Assembly (NCBI GenBank): GCA_963822445.1
Contig: CAWGHO010000002.1
Coordinates: 1,312,001 to 1,376,000, forward strand
Reading direction: 5' to 3'
DNA from: an uncultured Acidobacteriota bacterium
GTDB lineage: Bacteria > Acidobacteriota > Thermoanaerobaculia > Gp7-AA8
DNA length: 64,000 nt
In this document: piece after piece, positions 21,089 to 32,546 of the stretch
Layout: each line of letters opens with the position of its first letter
Position numbering within the stretch: the first letter of the stretch is position 1
The notes under the pieces: model-generated
The model's database searches: none
Told to the model about the DNA's origin: nothing
Seen by the model: the letters and a program-made list of their open reading frames with translations, nothing else
Translations under genes and position numbers: made by a program

Positions 21089-22372
21089 TCACTTCCCGAT
21101 ACAAAACTTTCCGAAGATCTCGGTGAGCACATCTTCGGTCGTAATCGCCCCCGTCAGCGCACCAAGCGCATTCGACGCGCGGTAGAGGTCGACCAGTACC
21201 ATCTGCTCGTCGACAGCTGCGGCCAGTGAGTCAAGAGCGGTTTGCAACGCGGCGGCGGATGCGGAGACGGCCTGCCTCTGCCGTTCGTTAACCAGAGCGC
21301 CCTCATCGGCGACAAAGCGCGCACGGACGAGCTCGTCAAGCCGACTCAGCAAGTCGGGAATGCCCTCGTCCGTCACTGCGCTAATCGCCAGCGAGCCCGG
21401 CGGTGCAGCGGCAAGGTCAGCCTTCGTGTAAATAATGAGTGCGTCGGGATATGCGGCCAGCTCGGCGGTATCACCAGTCGTCGCGTCAACGAGGTAAAGG
21501 ATGAGATCGGCGGCACGCGCGGCTTCGCGAGCGCGACTGATCCCGATCCCCTCGACGACGTCCTCGCTTTCGCGAAGACCCGCGGTGTCGGCCAGCGTCA
21601 CCGGGAGCCCGCCGATCTCGATCGTCTCCCGCACGATGTCCCGGGTCGTTCCCGGAATCGGCGTGACGATGGCCCGGTCGCTTCCGACCAGGCGATTCAG
21701 CAGCGTCGACTTTCCGGCGTTCGGGCGTCCGAGGATGACCGCGTTCAGACCGGTCATCGTCGCCTGGCCGCGACGATACGTATCTGCCAAGGCGGATGTG
21801 TTTTGCAGCGCCTCACGAAGACGCGCCGAAGCCTCTTCGCGGGTGATGAACTCGTAACCCTCTTCCGAGAAGTCGAGCGCCGCCTCCAGCCGCGAGATCA
21901 CCTCGAGCAGCGTCTGCCGGATCTCGCTCGCCTTCCGGCTCAGCATCCCCTCCAGATTCGACAGCGACAGCTTCGCCTGCAGCTCGGTGCGGGCGTTGAT
22001 CAGATCGGCGATCGACTCCGCCTGCACGAGATCGAGCTTGCCATTCAGCACCGCCCGTTCCGTGAACTCCCCCGGCTGGGCCATGCGCGCGCCGAGCTCC
22101 ACGCACTTCGCGATCACCTGCTCGACCAGCAGCGGATTTCCGTGGAGGGTCAACTCGACGAGATCGTTGCCGGTGAACGAATGCGGCGCTTCGTACCGAA
22201 TGGCGATGCATTCATCGAACGCGAGACGCACGAGCGTCGCGTGTCGCGCCGGCGGCGTTTCGCCCGCGAGCGACGTGAGAATCGCGCTCGCTTCCGGTCC
22301 GTCGATCCGCACGATCGCCAGCGCGCTTCGCCCCAGTGGCGTAGCCGGCGCGACGATCGTGTCGGGAATCAC
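21089..22372 (-). CDS. mnmE: tRNA modification GTPase MnmE/TrmE
   Basis: GRPNAGKSTL, GTTRD, DTAG, C-terminal FCIGK. Confidence 0.97.
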   Translation of the reverse strand: MIPDTIVAPATPLGRSALAIVRIDGPEASAILTSLAGETPPARHATLVRLAFDECIAIRYEAPHSFTGNDLVELTLHGNPLLVEQVIAKCVELGARMAQPGEFTERAVLNGKLDLVQAESIADLINARTELQAKLSLSNLEGMLSRKASEIRQTLLEVISRLEAALDFSEEGYEFITREEASARLREALQNTSALADTYRRGQATMTGLNAVILGRPNAGKSTLLNRLVGSDRAIVTPIPGTTRDIVRETIEIGGLPVTLADTAGLRESEDVVEGIGISRAREAARAADLILYLVDATTGDTAELAAYPDALIIYTKADLAAAPPGSLAISAVTDEGIPDLLSRLDELVRARFVADEGALVNERQRQAVSASAAALQTALDSLAAAVDEQMVLVDLYRASNALGALTGAITTEDVLTEIFGKFCIGK

Positions 22373-23283
22373 GATTCCTGCGCTGGTTGCTCGTCGGAAA
22401 CCGCGGCGTCCGCGGGACGCCGGATGATGGCCACGCGTTTGTAAAACCCGTCGCCGCGTGACTCGGTCGTCACGTCCGCGTCGTCACGCAATGCGATGTG
22501 CACGATGCGCCGCTCGATCGGCGTCATCGCCGGAAGCAGCTCCTCCCGCCCACCCTCCCGCACGCGATCGGCCACGGCCTTCGCCTGCTGCGCAAGGTCC
22601 TCGTTGCGTCGCTCTTTGAACGCGTCGCAATCGAGCTCGATCTCTTTGTCGACTTTGCGTCCGACCAGCGCTTTGTTCGCCAGAACCTGAATCGCGTCGA
22701 GCAGCTCGCCGTGGCGATCGGTCAACCGCTTTCCGTCCGCGCCGTACAGCCGAACGTGAATCTGCGTGTCGTTTTCTTCGGTGCGAGCAACGACGTCGAG
22801 GTTCGCGTAGGACACGATCTCTTCGCACCAGTCGCGCGCGACCTTGGCCTGCTCCGACTCCGGTCCCTGTTCGGGAACATCGGCGAAGTACTTCTCGAAG
22901 TCGCCGCTGCGAAGGTCACCGCCGCCGCGCGGTCCGCGATCGCGGCCACGACCACCGCGGCCGCCGCCCCGATCCTCGCGATTGCCGCCGCCGCCACCCG
23001 ACCGCCCGCCCCTGCCCCGCGGTCCGCGATCGCGATCCCGCGCCGGACGCGGTCCACGCGCTTCGACCGGCTGACGCTCGATCGGAGCCACCGGTGCCGC
23101 AACCGCCGGCGGCGCCGCGCCCTCATTCACGTCGGCTTCGATGACGACGCGTTTCACTCCGCCGAGGAAGCCTCGCTTCTCGAGAAGGACGTGATAGGTC
23201 AACTGCCAACGGCCTACGCCCAGCGCCTCGGACGCGTGCGTCAGCGCCTCTTCGATGTTCCGACCTTCAAATCGTTGGCTCAT
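22369..23283 (-). CDS. jag: Jag/KhpB RNA-binding protein (Jag_N, KH, R3H)
   Basis: KRGFLG, ERRIVH, TESRGDG; RGG-rich linker. Confidence 0.9.
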   Translation of the reverse strand: MSQRFEGRNIEEALTHASEALGVGRWQLTYHVLLEKRGFLGGVKRVVIEADVNEGAAPPAVAAPVAPIERQPVEARGPRPARDRDRGPRGRGGRSGGGGGNREDRGGGRGGRGRDRGPRGGGDLRSGDFEKYFADVPEQGPESEQAKVARDWCEEIVSYANLDVVARTEENDTQIHVRLYGADGKRLTDRHGELLDAIQVLANKALVGRKVDKEIELDCDAFKERRNEDLAQQAKAVADRVREGGREELLPAMTPIERRIVHIALRDDADVTTESRGDGFYKRVAIIRRPADAAVSDEQPAQES

Positions 23284-23290
23284 AGCTCGA

Positions 23291-24949
23291 TCACTTCGCT
23301 TTGACGGTTATCGCGTCGTCGTCCGGGTGCTCTTTCCACCACTTATTCATGATCAACTGCTGAATGATCGTCAAGACGTTCTGCACCAGCCAGTAGAGCA
23401 CGAGACCGCTGGGGAAGTCCTTGAACATGAACCCGAACACCAGCGGCATGGCCAGGAAGATCCGCCGCTGCATCGGATCGCCCGTCGACGGCGTGATGTA
23501 GGTCTGGATGAACATCGTCGCCGTCATCAGGATCGGCGTGATGTAGTACGGATCCTTCTCCGAGAGATCCTGGATCCAGAGGATGAACGGCGCGCCGCGC
23601 AGCTCGATCGCGCGCGACAGCAGGTTGTAGAAGCCCCACAGAATCGGGAGCTGGAAGAGCAGCGGCAGACAGCCCGCCATCGGATTGATGCCCTCTTTCT
23701 GATAGAGCTGCATCATCTCCACGTTCATCTTCTGGCGCTGATCGGGATCGGTCTTGGCCTTCTTGTATCTGGCCTTGATCGCCTCCATCTTCGGCGACAC
23801 CTTCTGCATCTTCTTCATCGAGACGATGCTCTTGTGCTGCAGCGGGTAGAGCACGATCTTGATGAGGATCGTCAGCACGATGATGGCGAAGCCGTAGTTG
23901 TGCGTGAACTGGTTGATCCAGAGCAGGGCCTTCAGGAAGAAGCGGGCAATGACGTCGAACCAGCCGAACTGCAGCGATTCGCCGAGGTCGTAGCGGTCGA
24001 GGACCTTCGCTTCCTTCGGTCCGAAGAAAGCCTTGCCGGCGACGACACCGTCGCTGGCCGCGTTCACCGCCGCGTAGAGATCCGCGCGGCGTTTCTTCGT
24101 CGCCCCGTCGTAGAACGAGACGCGGCGGAGCATGCTCTCGCCGCCGCGCGACGGACGAAGGACGGTGAGGAAGTAGTTGTCCTCGATGCCGATGTAATCG
24201 ACGCCCGGAAAGACCTTGAGGGGATTGCCTTTCTCGCGCGGCAGGATCTTGAAATCACCCGCCTGCTGCACGACGCCGTTGCCGGTGATGATGACCTGCG
24301 TGTCCTCCTCAGCCGCGCCGAGGGTGCGGATGCCCGGGCCGATGGCGACGCGGTACGGAAGGGGCGGCGTGACCGCGATCGCGTAGTCGAAGAGATACGG
24401 CTCCTCGGAAAACCGGAAAGTCTTGGTCGCGGTGACCTTGCCGTCGGAGTAGCGGTACTGCAGCACGCGCTGGCCGCGGTCGCGAACGTCGTTGACCGAA
24501 TACAACGCGCCGTTCAACCGCTGGGCGACGCTTCGATCCGCGGCCTCGATGGCGAACGGGAAATCCGTGCGCGCGGAGCCGCGGGCCTTGACCAGATCCT
24601 CGGAGAGCTGACTCTTTTTCCGCTTGTAGTTCTTGAGCTGGAACGACACCAGTTGCGCGCCGCGGTTGCTCATCACCGCCCGGTAGTCGGGCATGTCGAT
24701 GACCGTGGTCTGAACGGCGGTCGCCGCGACCGGAGCCGCTGGTGGCGGTGGAACATTCGCCAGTGGGGGCGTAGCCGCGGGGGCGCTCGACGTCGTGGCC
24801 GGAGCGGCCGTCGTCGTCGTTGCGGTGTCAGCCGGTTTCGGCGGCACGGGCTTTTTGGCCAGCTCGGGGAAGATCGCCGGCGCGAGCCACGACCAGAGCA
24901 CGAGCACGCCGATAGAAAGAAGAATCGCGACGAAAATGCGCTTTTCCAT
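23291..24949 (-). CDS. yidC: Membrane protein insertase YidC
   Basis: NYGFAII, GINPMAGCLP, PSGLVLYW; start at MEKRIF. Confidence 0.96.
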   Translation of the reverse strand: MEKRIFVAILLSIGVLVLWSWLAPAIFPELAKKPVPPKPADTATTTTAAPATTSSAPAATPPLANVPPPPAAPVAATAVQTTVIDMPDYRAVMSNRGAQLVSFQLKNYKRKKSQLSEDLVKARGSARTDFPFAIEAADRSVAQRLNGALYSVNDVRDRGQRVLQYRYSDGKVTATKTFRFSEEPYLFDYAIAVTPPLPYRVAIGPGIRTLGAAEEDTQVIITGNGVVQQAGDFKILPREKGNPLKVFPGVDYIGIEDNYFLTVLRPSRGGESMLRRVSFYDGATKKRRADLYAAVNAASDGVVAGKAFFGPKEAKVLDRYDLGESLQFGWFDVIARFFLKALLWINQFTHNYGFAIIVLTILIKIVLYPLQHKSIVSMKKMQKVSPKMEAIKARYKKAKTDPDQRQKMNVEMMQLYQKEGINPMAGCLPLLFQLPILWGFYNLLSRAIELRGAPFILWIQDLSEKDPYYITPILMTATMFIQTYITPSTGDPMQRRIFLAMPLVFGFMFKDFPSGLVLYWLVQNVLTIIQQLIMNKWWKEHPDDDAITVKAK

Positions 24950-24950
24950 G

Positions 24951-25169
24951 TCAGGGGACGGGGTCCCAACCTCCAGGATTGAACGGGTGACAGCGGCCGA
25001 GGCGGCGGATGCCCATCCAGATGCCGCGGGCGGCACCATACTTCTGAACGGCGTCCTTCATGTACATCGAGCAGGTGGGCTCGAAGCGGCACATGGGCGG
25101 CAGCAGTGGTGAGATGAATCGCTTGTAGAAGCGGAGAAGGAAGATCGCCAGGCCGCGGACGTGATTCAT
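24951..25169 (-). CDS. yidD: Membrane protein insertion efficiency factor YidD
   Basis: YKRFISP...CRFEPTCS...[14 protein letters not shown]. Confidence 0.95.
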   Translation of the reverse strand: MNHVRGLAIFLLRFYKRFISPLLPPMCRFEPTCSMYMKDAVQKYGAARGIWMGIRRLGRCHPFNPGGWDPVP

Positions 25170-25546
25170 GGCGTCCGCGCCTCGTTCACCACGCGTCCGA
25201 GAACGCGGGTGAGGTCGCGGCTGTAATCCTCGAAAGTAGCTTGCGCGGCGTTCGGCTTCACGTTGACGACGATGTCGAGCGGCTGGGCGTCGAGGCCGAG
25301 CGGCTCGCGTTGCCGCCGGTACACCTCGCGGGTCCACCGCTTCAAACGATTGCGAACGTTGGCTTTCCCGACCTTCTTCGTCGCGGTGATGCCGATTCGC
25401 GAGAACGGCAGGCCGTTGGCCGAGAAGAAGAGAACCGAATATCGGGAAAAGACTTTGCGGCCTGTGTCGTAGACATTGACGAACTCGCGACGCTTCGCGA
25501 TTCGTCTCTGTTTCGGTAGAGCCTGATCAGGCCGCGGGGCTTCCAC
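25166..25546 (-). CDS. rnpA: Ribonuclease P protein component (start uncertain)
   Basis: [21 protein letters not shown]. Confidence 0.92.
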   Translation of the reverse strand: MEAPRPDQALPKQRRIAKRREFVNVYDTGRKVFSRYSVLFFSANGLPFSRIGITATKKVGKANVRNRLKRWTREVYRRQREPLGLDAQPLDIVVNVKPNAAQATFEDYSRDLTRVLGRVVNEARTP

Positions 25547-25568
25547 CGTCAGTACCGCGAGCGCGCCG

Positions 25569-25709
25569 TTAGACGGCCAGGCGCTTGCGGCCCTTGCGGC
25601 GACGACGCGAGAGAACTGCCTGGCCATCCTTGGTCCGCATCCGGACCAGGAAGCCGTGCGTGCGCTTGCGACGGCGGTTGTTGGGCTGAAAAGTACGCTT
25701 CGATGCCAT
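25569..25709 (-). CDS. rpmH: 50S ribosomal protein L34 (not in the ORF track)
   Basis: [46 protein letters not shown]. Confidence 0.98.
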   Translation of the reverse strand: MASKRTFQPNNRRRKRTHGFLVRMRTKDGQAVLSRRRRKGRKRLAV

Positions 25710-25741
25710 TGATTGCTAACCCTCTGAAAATGAAAGCGGGG

Positions 25742-25770
25742 AGTATAGACGTGAGGTGTCGGACGGTCAA
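25742..25770 (-). promoter_or_regulatory. Sigma70 promoter of rpmH
   Basis: TTGACC-17 nt-TATACT. Confidence 0.75.
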
Positions 25771-25826
25771 ACACCGTCCAACGCGAGCGCCCAAACGGCG
25801 GGGCAGTGAGGGCTATTCCTGGAGGG

Positions 25827-25918
25827 GCAGAATGCAGAATGCAGAATGCAAAATGCAGAAAAGAGGCAGGCTTGTGGCGCCGTCCTTTTCTGCATTCTGC
25901 ATTCAGCATTCTGCATTT
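25827..25918. repeat. Palindromic heptamer array (AATGCAG)x4 - loop - (TGCATTC)x4
   Basis: Same unit as 12747-12835, with a different loop. Confidence 0.95.
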
Positions 25919-25928
25919 TTAATCCCCC

Positions 25929-25956
25929 TTGCCACGGCCGATCCTTGTGCTAGACT
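25929..25956 (+). promoter_or_regulatory. Putative dnaA promoter
   Basis: TTGCCA-16 nt-TAGACT with TGTG extension. Confidence 0.55.
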
Positions 25957-25980
25957 CCGTCCCCCTCCGACATGCCCGGA

Positions 25981-26011
25981 ATTTCCACAACTGTGGAAAA
26001 GCTGTGGATGC
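25981..26011. promoter_or_regulatory. DnaA box cluster upstream of dnaA
   Basis: ATTTCCACA, TGTGGAAAA (consensus), TGTGGATGC. Confidence 0.75.
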
Positions 26012-26040
26012 TCAAGGAGATAGCGGCATCCCACCCCTCC

Positions 26041-27348
26041 ATGAACACCTGGTCGCAAGTGCTCAGCCGGATCGAGCAAGTCGTTGACAGGACGGAGTAT
26101 GACTCCTGGCTCGCGCCGACACGTTTTCTGAGTCAGAAGGGCGATACGCTCGACGTGGGAGTCCCATCCCAGCGTTATATCGATGAGATCCGGGAGCGTT
26201 TCGGGGCCCAGATCCGCGGCCTGCTCAACGAAATCTCCCCCGAGCGGGTCCAGGTCCACTTCGTGGTCGACACCTCCCGGGCCATCGACGATCTGCCCAT
26301 CCCCATCGCCCCTCCCCCGGCCGAGCTGCCCCAGGCCAATTTCAGCCAGCGCTACCGCTTCGACACCTTCGTGGTCGGCAACTCCAACCAGCTGGCCTAT
26401 GCCGCCTCGAAGTCGATCGCCGAAAACCCCAGCGGCTCCTTCAACCCCCTCTTCATCTACGGCGGGGCCGGCCTCGGCAAAACTCACCTGATCCAGGCCA
26501 TCGGGCAGCAGCTCCGCGAGCAGCGTCCCGGACTGAAGATCGTCTACATGTCCGCGGACAACTTCGTGACCGAGCTGATCTCGTCGATCCGCTACGACCG
26601 GATGCAGGGCTTCCGCGACCGCTACCGGACCGTCGACGCCCTCCTGCTCGACGACATCCAGTTCATCGCCGGCAAGGAGCGGACGCAGGAAGAGTTCTTC
26701 CACACCTTCAACGCCCTCTACGAAGCGCAGAAGCAGATCGTGTTCACGTCCGATCGTCCGCCGAAAGAAATCCCCACCCTCGAGGAGCGTCTCCGCTCGC
26801 GATTCGAGTGGGGCCTCACCGCCGACATCCAGCCGCCCGATCTCGAGACCAAGGTCGCCATTCTTCGCAAGAAAGCCGAAGAGAAGAAGATCGATCTTCC
26901 GCAGGACGTCGCTCTGTTCATCGCCGAGCGCGTTCGCTCCAACGTTCGCGAGCTCGAAGGACACCTGAACAAGATCGCCGTCTTCGCCTCACTCGCCGGT
27001 AAGCGGCTCAACGTCGACCTGGTGAAGGAAGCGCTGAAGGATGTGCTGGCGAAGGAAGACCGCGCGATCACGCCCGAAGAGATCATGCGCGTCGTCGCCG
27101 CGCACTACGGTCTGAAGGTGAGTGAGCTGAAAGAGAAGAGCAACGCCCGCACGAAAGCCTTTCCCCGCCAGGTGGCGATGTACATGTGCAAGGAGCTGAC
27201 GGACCTCTCCTATCCCGAGATCGGAAAGAAGTTCAACGACAAGCACCACTCCACGGTCATGTACTCGGTGCAGCAGATCAAGAAGATGATGGAAGGCGAT
27301 CCGCAGTTCGCGCGGACCGTCGAGACGCTCGGAAAACAGTTCCGATGA
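26041..27348 (+). CDS. dnaA: Replication initiator DnaA
   Basis: NPLFIYGGAGLGKTHL, DDIQF, RLRSRFEWGL, HSTV. Confidence 0.98.
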   Translation: MNTWSQVLSRIEQVVDRTEYDSWLAPTRFLSQKGDTLDVGVPSQRYIDEIRERFGAQIRGLLNEISPERVQVHFVVDTSRAIDDLPIPIAPPPAELPQANFSQRYRFDTFVVGNSNQLAYAASKSIAENPSGSFNPLFIYGGAGLGKTHLIQAIGQQLREQRPGLKIVYMSADNFVTELISSIRYDRMQGFRDRYRTVDALLLDDIQFIAGKERTQEEFFHTFNALYEAQKQIVFTSDRPPKEIPTLEERLRSRFEWGLTADIQPPDLETKVAILRKKAEEKKIDLPQDVALFIAERVRSNVRELEGHLNKIAVFASLAGKRLNVDLVKEALKDVLAKEDRAITPEEIMRVVAAHYGLKVSELKEKSNARTKAFPRQVAMYMCKELTDLSYPEIGKKFNDKHHSTVMYSVQQIKKMMEGDPQFARTVETLGKQFR

Positions 27349-27597
27349 CGTTCTCCACAGATCCTGCGGAAAGCGTCACCGCAAAAGATGTGGAGCGTTT
27401 TCACCGAATCGCGAACAACCGTTCCACCTGCGGAAAAAGGCCCGATTCTCCTTCGGTTTTACGCTCTCCGATGCACAGGCTGAAATGACGATGACTGCTA
27501 TACTTCTCAGGCCTTTGCGTCGACCCACGACGAAATCCGCACCACCTACTACTACCACTACAAGAGAACCAAAGATTGGTTTGAAGGAAGAAAGCCC
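27349..27597. other. Probable oriC (dnaA-dnaN spacer)
   Basis: Relaxed DnaA boxes (TTCTCCACA at 27351, TGCGGAAAA at 27429) and DnaA-trio-like TACTACTACCACTAC at 27547-27561. Confidence 0.75.
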
Positions 27598-28731
27598 ATG
27601 GAGCTGACCGTCGGAAAAGCGGATCTTCAGAAAGAGCTGCAGCTCTGTCAGGGGGTCGTCGAGAAGCGTTCGACGATACCGATCCTGTCGAACGTGCTGC
27701 TCAAGGCCAGCGACGGACGGCTGCAGATCGCCGCGACTGATCTCGACGTCACGATTCTCTCTTCCTGCGCCGCGCGGGTGACCACGCCAGGCGGAGTCAC
27801 GATCGAAGCGAAGCGCCTTTTCGACGTCGTCCGCTCGATGCCCGACGACGACGTGCACATGACCCTGCAGGAAAACAACTCGATGCTCATCGAGTCGGGC
27901 ACCGCGAAGTTCCGCCTCCTCGGCTTGCCGGCCGAGGATTACCCGACGCTGCCGACGGTGTCGAATGTCGATGGCTACGACATCTCGCTCGACGAGCTCA
28001 AGACCATGGTCGGCAAGGTGAAGTTCGCCATCACCCACGAAGAGACGCGCTTTCAGCTCAACGGCGCGCTACTCAAGCTGCAGCCGAATAAGATGGAAAT
28101 GGTGGCCACGGACGGCCATCGCATGGCATTGATCAACTTTCCCGCGTCCATCACCGGCGGCAAGGGAAAGAAGGGGACCGACCTCACGATTCTCATCCCC
28201 CGCAAGGCGCTCGACGAGATTCTGCGGCTCGAGTCCGGTGCGGAAGGGAACGTCCGTTTCGGCGTTTCCGACAACCAGCTTTTCTTCGAAGCCGGCGACC
28301 GCCGTCTGCTGGCGCGGATGATCGACGTCAACTTCCCGAACTACATGGAAGTCATCTCCCGAGACAACGATCGCCGGGTGATGGTCGACCGCGAGCGGCT
28401 GCTGTCGACGATCAAGCGCATCTCTCTCGTGGCCAACGAGCGGACGCGCGCCGTCCGATTCGATTTCGCGCCCGGCAAACTCACCGTGTCGTCGACCAAC
28501 CCGGAGCTCGGCGACGCCCGCGAGACCGTTCCCATCGACTACGCCGGCCAGCCGTTCTTCGTGGGGCTGAACGCCGCGTACGTGATGGACTTTCTGAGCG
28601 CCACCGACACGCCGAGCGTTTCGCTCGACCTGAAGGACGAGAACAGCCAGTGCATCGGCCGTCCGGCCACCTCGGCGGAAGACCTGCCGTATGATTATTT
28701 GTACGTGGTCATGCCGATGAGGCTTGCGTAG
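27598..28731 (+). CDS. dnaN: DNA polymerase III beta clamp
   Basis: IPILSNVLL, ATDGHRM, VVMPMR. Confidence 0.97.
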   Translation: MELTVGKADLQKELQLCQGVVEKRSTIPILSNVLLKASDGRLQIAATDLDVTILSSCAARVTTPGGVTIEAKRLFDVVRSMPDDDVHMTLQENNSMLIESGTAKFRLLGLPAEDYPTLPTVSNVDGYDISLDELKTMVGKVKFAITHEETRFQLNGALLKLQPNKMEMVATDGHRMALINFPASITGGKGKKGTDLTILIPRKALDEILRLESGAEGNVRFGVSDNQLFFEAGDRRLLARMIDVNFPNYMEVISRDNDRRVMVDRERLLSTIKRISLVANERTRAVRFDFAPGKLTVSSTNPELGDARETVPIDYAGQPFFVGLNAAYVMDFLSATDTPSVSLDLKDENSQCIGRPATSAEDLPYDYLYVVMPMRLA

Positions 28732-28793
28732 TTTGGAGTGCGGCAGCTCTGCTGCCGCTTTCAGAAGCGGCGGCAGAGCCGCCGCACTCCAAA
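28732..28793. repeat. REP-like hairpin TTTGGAGTGCGGC...GCCGCACTCCAAA
   Basis: About 29-bp imperfect stem fills the whole dnaN-recF spacer and overlaps the recF ATG. Confidence 0.85.
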
Positions 28794-29880
28794 TGATCCT
28801 TCGAAGCCTCACCACCCAGAACTTCCGCAACCTCGATCAGGCCGAGACCGCCTTCCATCCCACCTCCAACGTCATCGTCGGCCGCAACGGCCAGGGGAAA
28901 ACCAACCTCCTCGAGGCCATCTACTTCCTCGCCACGACCAAGTCCTTCCGCACCGCGCGGGTGCCGGCGCTGGTCAAATTCGACCAGCCAAGCGTCTTCG
29001 TAAGCGGAGTCCTTCAGCGCGGCGGAGTGGAGCGAACGCTCTCCGTAGGCGTTGAAAGCGGCGAGACCAGGCGCCGCGTACTGTTGATCAACGGCGAAAA
29101 GGTCACTCTGGCGGCCTATCTGAACGCGATGAACGTTTTCGCGTACTCGGCCGCGCGGCTGGAAATCATCCGCGGGACGCCCGAGGAGCGGCGGCGGTTT
29201 CTCGATCGCGGGATCGCCAGCATGAACCCGGCCTACCTCGAGCAGCTCACCCGCTACACCCGCGTCCTCCGCCAGCGGAACGCGCTCCTCGGCGAGATCG
29301 CCTTCCACCGCGCCGCCCAGGCCACGCTCGACGCCTGGGATAACGAGCTCATGGTCGCCGCGGCGGTCGTTCACCGGGCCCGGGCAGCCTACTCCGAGGC
29401 CCTGTCCATGGCCTTCGCGGAAATCGTCGCTGCGCACCGCTACCACGTTGCGAACGTGGAGATGCGTCTACCGCCCGAGCCTCACCGACGATCTGGTCAG
29501 GCACCGCCGCCACGAGCTCAGGGCGCGCATGTCCCTGGCTGGTCCGCAGCGAGATGTCCTCGAGCTTCCTGGTCGATGGCCGGCCCGCGGCGGAGGTCCT
29601 ATCCGGCGGCGAGCAGAAGATGATCGTGCTCTTCCTGAAGTTCGCGAAGCTGGAGCTTTTCCGCCGCCGTCACGACGACGCGCCCCTGTTTCTGCTGGAC
29701 GACATCGATGCCGAGCTCGACCTTCAGATCCTGCAGGATTTGTTGACGAAATTGCCCGTTTCCACACAGGTCTTCGCGACCTCTGCCAAAGAGGCATTTC
29801 TGCAGGTCCTGGAGGCAGGTCCACACCGCCGCCTAACTGTTGAAAACGGAAGAGTTACAGTCGCCCGCGATTTCGCCTGA
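28793..29880 (+). CDS. recF: RecF, with two apparent +1 indels (~29468, ~29565)
   Basis: NFRN, GRNGQGKTNLLEA; GPQRD and LSGGEQK/LLDD are in successive frames. Confidence 0.9.
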
Positions 29881-30009
29881 AATCGCCCCGGAACGGGCAA
29901 TTTCCGGGTACAATTCGGCGTTACCACCCGTGTAGAAAATCCCCGCGAATTCGGCCGCCGTGAGGCGCCCGCGCACCCAGCGAAAAACGCCCCTTAGAAA
30001 GCGAGCCTG

Positions 30010-32443
<2,434 letters not shown>

Positions 32444-32447
32444 CGAC

Positions 32448-32546
32448 GTCGTTAGTGGTTAGTCGTTAGTCGTTAGTAGAACGACGACGGCTCACCGCGA
32501 ACTACGACAGCTACTAACGACTAATCACTAACGACTAACGACTAAT
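32448..32546. repeat. Palindromic heptamer array (GTTAGTC)x4 - loop - (GACTAAC)x5
   Basis: Fills the gyrB-gyrA spacer; the last unit overlaps the gyrA ATG. Confidence 0.95.
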
